A stretch of 64,000 nt of DNA from Phoronis australis (Eukaryota; Animalia; Phoronida). The notes beneath the pieces are model-generated. The model made no database searches. It worked only from the letters and a program-made list of their open reading frames with translations, and was not told the origin of the DNA. The stretch's first letter is position 1, and every line of letters starts with the position of its first letter. Positions 54,202 through 64,000 of the stretch are shown here, piece by piece. Both the position numbers and the translations under genes were made by a program. The stretch is taken from contig NMRA01000520.1 of the NCBI GenBank assembly GCA_002633005.1, positions 191,559 through 255,558 of the forward strand, in the 5' to 3' direction.

Positions 54202-57200
54202 GTAAGAATACTTGAACGTTCTATAGGCGCAATATCCTCGAGACTCCCCAATATCATGCAGGATTTATCGACACCCGCCCAGTAAATGCGTAGCACGTCA
54301 TCGCATTAGTTTAACTTGTGAGGTTTTTCAGGAACACTGCATGCCCAGTCGTCTGCTCTGCAGACGGAAAAAAATGACTCGAGTGAATAACGAGTGTTTT
54401 GCGAGTACACCTGATTATGTACATGTATGATTGAGACCTTACCGCACCCTCGCAAAATGGTGCGCATTGAAGCAATTGGTAGCTGGCGTAGGAACTTTGA
54501 ATTATGGGAAAATCTACTGTTACCTTAGTACACGTAAGCTAAATATTTCGCCAAAAGTGCATCACTATAGTCTTGGGTTGATGGAACGCAGCCCAAAATC
54601 AAGGCAATACATTGAATTCTCCCGACACCAAATCTAACAGCAGAAAGATGACGGTTTAAGAAATAGTCCAGCTAGATTAATAACTCTTTCAGCGCGTTGT
54701 TTACTACGCGTTGATTAAGCAAAAGTGCGCGCTGAATACGGGCATTACAATATGCAGAAAGATGCTCGTTTAAGAACCCTTAGACGCTTCATACTCTATA
54801 CATGTAGAGTACCAAGGTACCTAAACTACACGGTCAACGGACATAAACACGGGGCACGAACGCATGAACACGACTCACGGACCTGCAAACACCGTCCACT
54901 GACTCGCAAACACGGGAACGGACTCACAAAACACGATCCACACACCCAAATACATGTACACGGGACACGGACTCATCTTCAAGAGGAAACGCGGTTAACG
55001 GACCGCCAAACACGGGTCACCGACTCATCGGCTTCCTGGATCAGCTGACATCTCCATTTTGTCCGTGACCCGTGTTTGGTGTTCCGTTAACCGTGCTTCC
55101 TCGGGGATACGAGTACATGTCCCGTGTATTTAGGTGCGTGGACCGTGTTTTGTGAGTCCGTTCCCGTGTTTGTGAGTCAGTGGACGGTGTTTGCAGGTCC
55201 GTGAGTCGTGTTCCTACGTCCGTGCCCCGTGTTTATGTCCGTTGGCCGTGTAGTTTAGGTACCTTGAGTACTCAACGTGTAGATTTGCAAAATATCCCCG
55301 CAGAAGTGTTTTGTAGGTGAGATTAGAATGACGAGTTAAGAGTGCGTGATCTTTCTCTCACTTCAAAATGATCAATATTGCTAAATAGTATCCGTACAAG
55401 TACATGTACTTAAATCATTTTTGGCCACAGTAAGATTATAAACCGGACGATCGCCGCACAAATAATAAATTTCATGCTCAATCAACGTTTCGTCGATTAA
55501 CTGGACATCATCAGGATCATATTTACAAAGGACAGCAAGTGCCAACATGCAGCTCAGGTAACGTCAATAAAATGAAGTGAGAGATACAGGGAATATAGTC
55601 AGTAGCTGATTCTCTGAATAACATGAAGAGCTTAGTGACCCTGCAACTGATGACCAGCTACACATTCTAAAAAGTATACATGTTTTGCACAGGTACATGT
55701 GTATAATGGGTTCAAGTGGGTCCAATGGTATGGTAGTTTGAAATCTTTTCATAATGAAGACCAGTATCTAGATGTGTAGGAAATGGTGCATAAAACTGAT
55801 GAATTTGGCGAAAACCAGCCGATCAGTAACATACATGTGAGGGGTTGCTGCCGTCCTATTTGCTCGTGGAGGTGATGATGGTACGGAAAGTTGCTGATGC
55901 GGTGGCGGCGGAGGCGGCTGTGCAAACAGTCAGAATCACAAGCATATAAGTGTTTAGGAGAACCTAAAAATGTGTATAAGATAACATGTTCGAACACCTG
56001 CGTACGAAATTTATTTATCTCCAATATAATCATGACTATCTGAAACGCTAATCCGGAATCCATTAAACATAGCTGTCACTCACTCCGAATTGAAGATCCG
56101 ATTTCTCTTGGTCACGTACATTTTTACATGTACTGTGAACTGAACATCACTAACAAGAGTTTATTTTGGAGACCCAGAATCTCGCGGCTGCGTATTTTTA
56201 CTAACCCAAAAACAATTAACGTATAAGGCTCAGTGCGTCTTCAAGCAAAATTCCATCATTGTTATAATCAGTCGCTGTTCATTGAGTGAAAAGGGTTAGT
56301 GATGTTCGAAAATATTCGAGGTTCCTCAAGAATCTTCTGTCCTCGTCAAAGTCCCAGAACGACACCATATAAGAACACTACTAATTTAAAAAAAAAAACT
56401 TTTAAAAACATTTGCTTCAGAACTTTGCGGATTTTTCAGTAGACGAAACATTGGCGATCACAATGTATCTTACAATCGATTGATGGCTGGTAAACTAACT
56501 TAAGCCTGAGTCTATTCGCTAGTCGTTACTTTAGCTTAATTCTTTCTTTATTTGTCATCAACGGACCGCAACACTTGTTGGTGACGTCATTACCATGATT
56601 TTCCTTTCATCACCTTCATCTCCAGCGTCCTGCCGACATTGCAATTATCATTTTCATTTTAGTTAAGATTAGCAACACCACGTGTTATCAATAATCGGGA
56701 AACGTTGTTGCATACATGTACATGTATGTGGGGCTATCCCAGAATATCGACCATTTGGGGTTGTTACAAACGGTATTCTTAATTACGTCAAACATCGGTG
56801 TTGATTTCGCATACACTTTATCTACATGTACACGCATTTGCTAATCCAAATGACATACGCGTGAGTTACATCGTACGGGACGCTCAGATGAGTGACATTT
56901 TTATCGCTAAAGTAACGACATCGAATTCTTTTTACCTAAATATGTATTGACATTGGTTACAACCAATTGCCCGACATATCCGTGACGGCCATACAGTGTT
57001 GCTCAAACGTGGTCAAAAACAACAAGGAACCTGATCTGAAATTAATCAACCTAAAGATCAAGTGGTGGAGCAGGTGGACACATGGGTTTGTTGTACCTTT
57101 AATTCATCTGTTTTATAGAATATGTTCATCGATGCGTCAGAGTACCTTTACCGAGCAACGCGACAGAGGGCGTATTTCCGTTCCGTCACTATTCTTATCC

Positions 57201-60200
57201 CAGACACGTGGAATGACAGCGCCGCTTACAACGCATCAGCTGACGAGAGGTTTATGAAGTCCGATATCCGAGTATCATCGCCGAATACACAGTTTGGAGA
57301 CGACCCCTACACTAAGCAGCCTGGCAGATGTGGACAACCTGGACACTATATTCATCTGACACCAAGGTTCATATTGGACCCACTAGGAAAAAGGTTCTAC
57401 ACCTATGGCAACGCAGGTTCGTTTTGAAATTATGCCTCATAATATCCACAAGTGCTTGCGGCTATCTTCAGAATTGTGAAACTCATTTTAAATTAAAACA
57501 ATTAAAAACGTTTTCCTCATTTACGCTTTACTTATGGTCCTTAGCTATACAATATAAATTACAGCGTTATTTTTCAACAATTCAGCAGTTTAAGGTAAGT
57601 CGGTCTTTTCCTTCGTTTCCAAGGATCAGTTTTTCATCATATTTACGTGTTAATTGTAAACCTATAAAACTCGATAATTTTAAAGTCGCTGATGATCACA
57701 GAACCTTATAATATGTGGAGAAGCAATTCGCAGCAGATCGTTAATGAAACTGGATACTTAAAGCTTGAGAACAAATTTGTTAATAATAATAAGTTAAGTT
57801 CAAACCTGCGCCCAAGAAGTGATATTTGTCTCAATGTGGTTAAGACTAAGCGTACATGTAACCGCTCTTACCTTATGCCAGATATAAAACCAGTTTGCTT
57901 GATTAGACGTGTCTTAATTTATCGGCTATACTCACTCTAATGCCAACATTTGACATTCTTCAAACCAAAAGGTAGACTTCTGGTTCACGAGTTTGCCCAC
58001 TTACGCTGGGGCGTCTTCGACGAATACGGTTACAAAGGCAATAAACTCTTTCCAATGTTCTACACGACGAAATCTGGCACAGTGAGACCAAACGGATGTC
58101 CAAACAACTTGAAGGTAGGAAGTATCGCGTTTACACTCGTTTAAAGTCAGACTGCATGGTTCAGGTTCAATTCTTCATGCATGAATTATTGATGAGGGCA
58201 CGTGTACGGGGTGTCTGTTGAAGTAGCAAATAGAGTATATAAAGCCGGTAGGCCTACATGAACTGTCCAGAGGTATATGTGCACTCGAACAGACACAAAA
58301 AACTTCATACAATGACCTTTACTTTCAGTTTTGTGGCGTGAAAGCGGTTAGAGGTTCAGCAACACACTCTTGAAAAAAGTCACAGAAAACTGACATGAAA
58401 ATTACCCATTGGAATCTCTGACATCTCTTGCATTATTTCTTGTCTTTTTGCAAGGGGTATGCATGTACATGTATAATGTACTTGTGTTTGTATTGTGAGC
58501 TCCAGTTCATACTGGACACATTCTCTACCAGTGGCCAATTACCACGCAACCGGATGTACATATACCTCCTTGCGCTGTAGTGAAGAAAATTCACGTCGCC
58601 ATAATCATTTTTTTTTTGAAAAAAAGATACGACGAACGCCTGAGGTTACAACGAAGACAGTCTAGTAGTTCACTCAACAGATTTGTTCGTGAGCGGGTAA
58701 AGTGGCTTCACGACGAATGAATTATGTGCAGAATCGAGATAAGTCAGTGCGTGAGCAAACATATAAGGACTTGAGGTACGAAACGTGGGAGGGAGATACT
58801 GTACATTGTATACGTCTGCTGGATTAGCATGCGGCAGAGAAGAGATTATGCGCGTGCAGGCCCAGGCCGCGCGCGTGCATGCATGGGTAGGCCTTGGTGC
58901 CTTGGAATACAACACGTGTAGGCCTAATACTGTCAATGCATATCGAGATTTGTTTAGGGTATGTCGAGATAATCAAAAATTTCACATTCGTCTACCACAA
59001 TGATACGTTGTCACTTACAGTGCAATAGTCCGGTTCTGAGATAGCTCAGCACCACTCTCATTGTAAGATATTTACCGTCAGCGCAACACGGGGTCAAAGA
59101 TTTGCCCTGTACATGTATTTTCACAAGCAGATGTGTCGGCCATCTATCTCATCTCTTAATGATTGTGTAACTGTTATTAATTGTATAGTTCATCATCGTA
59201 AACCATGCAACTTTGCTTTTGAGTGACAATGCAAGCACCAAAGAATTGGCAAAAAGCAAATATTACTCATCCTTTTTCAGTCAACCAAATCAACTATGTG
59301 CTTGACAGTTTGGAAGTCAGTCAATCGTGGAGTTATTTTTTACTTCCGGGGAAAAGAAGTTTTATGTGGACGTGTTTATTCGAATCTATAAAAGTCGTTT
59401 ATACAAACTATATTTTCGCGGACTTCACTGCAGGGTGTGTTGCTCAACAGAAAAACGCGTCAACTGTGTGAGATCGACAAAAGAACATCACTTCCTACAG
59501 ACAGCTGCCGTTTCTTTGCCAACTCCATCACGAATCAGGTCACAGCGTCTGTCATGAACATGCAACATCTAGAACAGGTACTTCCGTCATTCAAGTTATA
59601 GACTTCTTTACGCATGCCGAAATTTGCTGCATGCGCATCCCAGCGCATTGGTTCAGGTTATAGTCTCCTGTCCGATTCCAAACTCGTAACCACTTCGGGG
59701 ATTCACAAATCATTTTTAGAGATTTCAAAAATGTATCCAGTCTTTGAAACATCAACATCCAGTAAGATAGTCAAAATTAAGACACAACTTATATCAAAAA
59801 CTTTAATCAAACTTAGGCTCTCTTTCTTGAAAAGGTCTTGAGACAATTTGAAGTTTTATCTTGAAACTTACTTAATATTAAGATGTGCCTTACAAAAGTT
59901 AGTTTTGATGAAGCGGGCCTCTGATCTCTACTCAAAGTCTGAAGTCGAACTCGAGACTTTTTACATGCAAGTATTTATGCACCGCCGACGAAACACCTTC
60001 CTTGCGTTCCTTCGGTGTTGGTGCAATCCTTTCTGTAGGGGATGTTGAGTTTCCCCGATATATTTATCGGTACAGTTGTCACTTCCACAATGGATGTTTC
60101 CTGTAATAGGTTTGTCCTTGGGAAATTAAGAGCAAACGCACGAACCTTTAGAATTTGATGCTCAGTGACGCTGTGCCAATTCTGGCATGGCGCATTTTTT

Positions 60201-62539
60201 AGATTTCTCTCAAAGTTTTATACGTCGACTCGTTGGTGTTAATTTTGTTTTCGGTTTCAACCAAAAACGAACTAGCAGTAATGCAATAAATGAGGTATTT
60301 TGTGTAGTTCTTGAGGAAATCAAAGGTCTAATCGTTCTTAAGTCAGAACGAAAGCCGAAACCAGCAAAAATTGGGTACTTCAACAGCTTGAAAGTCCTCT
60401 GTTTCCGGGCCTATGTTCACCAAACTTTCCTCGGCCTCTTCAAGTGCTCAAAAAATTTCACTCCGCCTACATGTGGAGCTCACTGGAGTAATATTCGAGA
60501 ACCAGCGATCACCAAATTTTACTCAAGTTCCTTCAAACCGTACATGTACTCGGAGTCGATAACTATTCTCGAACTGGAATGGAAGTTATTAGCGCAAAAA
60601 TAGGAATTGAAATGTAAGAACATCTTTAAACCTAGCACGCTCTGTAGTCCATTAAAAGAAATTTAGTTTCCTGTAAGAGGTGTGCAAAGGATCACCTTGC
60701 TTTGCAGATTTTTTCGAATACTTGTACGAATCCATGGTTTCCTCCACCATCATGAATTCAGAGTAAACAAAACAATTCACGTACAATCCCTATTGAAGTC
60801 TCGAAGAAACCGATATTTTTCGAAAGGTGATGACTAAATTACCAATATGTATCAATTTACAACATGTGTAGCTACATGTATATCACAAACTTGTTTTTCT
60901 TCCTGAGTACAACATATTCTGAATTTTACAACTCACTTAAAACACCGATGATGTAGACCTTCCAGTATCCACTAGTTTACGAGGTCGGCGTTCACCAGAG
61001 GGGCAGTGTTTATACAGTTTGCTAGCTCTTGATACTCATTGGAATGAATACAATTAAAGCCTCAATACTATTGAAAGCGCAAACTATTGCTTTCATAGCT
61101 TAGTCCCCAAGCCTCGGTTGCTTTCATAGCTTAGTCCCCAAGCCTCGGTTTGATATCAGGGCCATCTTGAGGCTGTTGCTTTCAAAGGTCACTCCGGCGT
61201 ACATGAACACTGTAAGCTTACAAGCGAAGATTGGAGGAACGAATAAGCCAAAGGCCGCAGTGTAGTTCATTATATTCACGTACTGGTGGCGACGTTTTCG
61301 CCATTTACTTGCTATTATAAGATGCATCTGAACTGTATTCTCTGCTTCCGCTAGAGAGTAATGTAGAAATCGTTTGTTTTCTCCACCTAGTACATTTCCT
61401 TGTACTCCTGCACGCTAGTGTGCAGACCAACTCATTCATATGCGAAACCGTAGCCTCTTGTAGGAAAAGGTGTCAGGGTGCAGTTTTTTTAAACATTAAA
61501 TGTACCCGCCATGTAAAATGTGGGGGTAACCTGTGAATCTAAAGCTTCAAACAAGTTGTACATTTTGCTAGGCGGCAAATTGGGAATATTCGAGAAATTT
61601 TGCCAACACTTTATAGACAAAGACTATTAGTGATCACACATCCCTATGTAGTAGTGGAAAATGATGATTACTTAAGCTTTTGAGTACTTTTGGTTGAGAA
61701 AGGTTTTGATTGTCGCACTCTCTCAGCCCATGCCAAATGACGTCGTATGGAAGTCGCAAAGCAGTGTTTAATTTGCAGAATCCATGTGCGTCGCATAGTT
61801 TTCGCCTATGGGACACTTCCATTGTTTTCCTTTGTTGCGTCTTTGTTGGGCATAGCAATACACCTCGCATGGATATCGTACCTTGGGTGCACATCAGCCG
61901 GTTACCGATCAATGCCATTATCATTACTATAAGAAAGAAAAACAAAGAGAACAATGGATACCCCTATCTACCGATCTCTATGCGACGAACTTGCGACCTG
62001 GTTTCCCGTTGGGGAGTAAAATGATACTGTTGAAATGAATACGATTAACGTTTAGTACAAGCGTTGCTCTATGATTACAAATCAGATGTTATTCACGCCT
62101 AACTGTATTTTGTGTGAGTGTGTGGGAAAGGGTGTACCTCCAAATGCTTGAGCTTGTACGTGTCCGTGTGCGTGCTTTGTTTCTAATAGTAATCTTGCTT
62201 CACTAACTAGCAACTGACCCACAACAAAAAGGCAAAGAGAAAGTAACACTGGAGAACATGTTTATATTTTCATAAACCTAGGTTGCTCGATTCTGTGAAA
62301 GCGATGGTTCCGATGTCTCACTCCGACATAACGCTGAAGCCCCAAATAAGCACAACAAAATGTGCAGTAATAGAGGGACCTGGGATGTTATTCTGGAACA
62401 CCAAGATTTTACCAACGGTTCAAACCCTAGTAATCCAGGCTTGGAAAATACGAAACCTGACTTCAAGCTTGTATATCCAAGAAGTCGCGACAAAATTGTC
62501 CTCGTGCTGGATATATCAGGATCTATGTCGATGCTGAGG
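54037..62539 (+). CDS. CLCA: CLCA-family paralog 'b', 5' part (5 coding exons; gene continues beyond the window)
   Basis: Exons 54037-54201, 57119-57416, 57972-58114, 59434-59577, 62282-62539 join in frame (1008 nt). Contains signal peptide, NNGYETVVVAIH, PYTKQPGRCGQPG, HEFAHLRWGVFDEY and LVLDISGSM. Confidence 0.92.
54796..55282. mobile_element. Foldback/MITE hairpin, ~225-bp arms with ~35-bp spacer, in CLCA-b intron 1
   Basis: gagtaccaaggtacctaaactacacgg...gggtcaccgac is mirrored by gtccgtgaccc...ccgtgtagtttaggtaccttgagtactc; the arms are rich in ACACGG subrepeats. Confidence 0.85.
55480..55518 (-). ncRNA. Minimal hammerhead ribozyme in CLCA-b intron 1
   Basis: Reverse complement: GATC-CTGATGA-T-GTC-cagttaatc-GAC-GAAA-CG-TT-GATT; stem I GATC/GATT, stem II GTC/GAC, palindrome AACGTT. 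Confidence 0.6.
57119..57416 (+). CDS. CLCA: CLCA-b coding exon 2
   Basis: ttttatag|NMFIDASEYLYRATRQRAYFRSVTILIPDTW...HYIHLTPRFI...YGNAG|gttcgt. Confidence 0.92.
57972..58114 (+). CDS. CLCA: CLCA-b coding exon 3 (HExxH)
   Basis: caaaag|GRLLVHEFAHLRWGVFDEYGYKG...VRPNGCPNNLK|gtagga. Confidence 0.9.
59434..59577 (+). CDS. CLCA: CLCA-b coding exon 4 (frame absent from ORF track)
   Basis: ctgcag|GVLLNRKTRQLCEIDKRTSLPTDSCRFFANSITNQVTASVMNMQHLEQ|gtactt; homologous to the second half of CLCA-a exon 3. Confidence 0.88.
59966..60125 (-). mobile_element. Decayed Penelope-like GIY-YIG endonuclease fragment (second family)
   Basis: Minus-strand translation FPKDKP...IHCGSDNCTDKYIGETQHPLQKGLHQHRR, followed after a frameshift by VSSAVHKYLH. 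Confidence 0.7.
61087..61150 (+). repeat. 31-bp perfect tandem duplication
   Basis: ttgctttcatagcttagtccccaagcctcgg x2. Confidence 0.9.
62282..62539 (+). CDS. CLCA: CLCA-b coding exon 5
   Basis: cctag|VARFCESD...HNAEAPNKHNKMCSNRGTWDVILEHQDF...KIVLVLDISGSMSMLR|gtaagt. Confidence 0.92.
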
Positions 62540-63693
62540 GTAAGTGTTCAATAAAGAGATAGTTGGAAATACGAGTATGTGGTAGAATAGTTCTGCGATC
62601 CTGTCTAGATGTCCGATTGCCCGTTTGACCAACCTGGATGTCTGCTCTATATATTTAAAAGCGCTGGTCAGATCTTCGTGAAATTTAGTATCATGATACC
62701 TAAGTACAGTGCAGAGGGTGTATCATGTTTCATTAAAAAACACTTTTTCTCCCAAAAGGACGGAAAAGCCCGTTGTCGACAGACATGGGCCGCTAGGCGA
62801 TGCTGCAGTGGTCACATACAGTAGGCAGGAAATTCGATTCGTGGCCGCGAATTGCCGTCATACTTGTACAGCTGTGCTTTAAGGTTTATTGAAATCAGAC
62901 AATTGGATCTCTCCCCCCAAAAAGTGTTGAAAAAAAGATTTTTCTAGATGGGCTGAATCCGAATGGAAGTTGTGACATGGATGTGCATGCTGTCTAGGGG
63001 TATAATCCACTTTCAATTTCCCCTGCTCCAAGTGCCAGGGGGTGTTTTGATGGACGACATTTTCTAGTATAACTTACAAAGAGAAAAGTGATAAAAAATT
63101 GCCGCCATAATTCTACTTGTGGGCGAAGTTGAAATATCCATAACCTCTTAGATGAAATGTTGGTCTTGACCAGGTTTTTATCCAGTTTTTGGACGGAAGG
63201 ATATTCGAAGGATACCTAGATAAGGGTGGACCGATTTCAATAGACCTATGGCTAATAAAAAAGTTGCAGACCTCTTGATCAGATACTGTGCGTCTGGATG
63301 AACCATAAACGTTTATCGGATATGTATACATGTACATTAACAAGTAGATAGTGAACGCAATTCTTCTGCATAACGTTTTATATTTTCTTTATAATGGTAC
63401 CTTGTTTGATTTAACAATTCACCTCTCGCCAGGATTTTCAGTGACGGCTTAACTGACCAATCAGAAACGCAGCATTCTTGACACACCTTCCTTTCGAAGC
63501 CGCCATTTTACCCGACAAGCAACACGTTGCCGGGTAAAACTTGTTGTTTGTTTGTCGACATTTAGCAAGGGGGTGGAGCTTGCGATAGGTCAATTAAACG
63601 TCGACTACTCAAGACGCTGAAAAAGGCGAAACGCCGCCCATGGGATGTATGACTTAACCATTGGCTGTAAACAGTACTTGCACAGAAATCGGG

Positions 63694-63766
63694 TCCTCAG
63701 TAGCTCAGTGGTGAGCGCACTAGACCGGCAATCTAGAGACCTGTGGTTCGATTCCCAGTTGGGGAT
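63694..63766 (+). pseudogene. tRNA-like sequence (tRNA-derived SINE head or tRNA pseudogene)
   Basis: A box TAGCTCAGTGG, B box GGTTCGATTCC, acceptor stem TCCTCAG/TTGGGGA, anticodon stem CTAGA/TCTAG with loop CCGGCAA (GGC, no U33). D and T stems are imperfect. Confidence 0.65.
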
Positions 63767-64000
63767 TCTGACGTTTCTGTGTTTATTTGATAAAATTAGG
63801 CCAGCAGTGGACACTGAACGCAATTAAATGCAGTCCAATTGTATGCGTGTGTGTGATGGAATGGCCTAAGAGGAACAGCTGACCTTTTTACAGAACATAG
63901 GGCTAAATGCGAAGCACTCACTACTGCCCCCTACAGTGTATGGTTTAAATATCGGCTTAAAAACGAAGGTTGCTCGACATAGCACTCCTTCCCCATGACC

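Noticed and set aside
54725-55048. 107-aa His/Thr/Arg-rich ORF
   Set aside because: Translation of the foldback arm subrepeats.
60187-60603. 138-aa plus-strand ORF in CLCA-b intron 4
   Set aside because: No CLCA homology or recognisable domain; lies in repeat debris and contains a TACATGTA scar.

Overview
Eukaryotic, AT-rich, intron-containing animal genomic DNA, most likely a marine invertebrate (inference; the species cannot be determined). The window holds a tandem pair of + strand CLCA (calcium-activated chloride channel regulator, zinc metalloprotease/VWA) genes. One is complete, with 14 coding exons (23172-36061, about 942 aa, signal peptide, HEFAH, MIDAS DSSGS, C-terminal TM helix); the other is a 5-exon partial paralog running off the right end (54037->62539). 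Between them lie two notable features. The first is a 3.6-kb Penelope-like retroelement insertion built from two divergent RT/GIY-YIG arms, each ending in a minimal hammerhead ribozyme, and bounded by one 15-bp target-site duplication. The second is an intact, intronless ORF encoding only the NAD-binding half of a GPD1-type glycerol-3-phosphate dehydrogenase, with a CRE site upstream and a polyA signal downstream. The rest is rich in transposon debris: Kolobok-like THAP elements, a Sola3-like remnant, MITEs, further Penelope fragments and a tRNA-derived SINE head. About 50 TACATGTA octamers are scattered through non-coding DNA, and internal comparisons show some are CATGTA insertions at TA, consistent with Tc1/mariner-type excision footprints. 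All calls were made by eye with no database searches.
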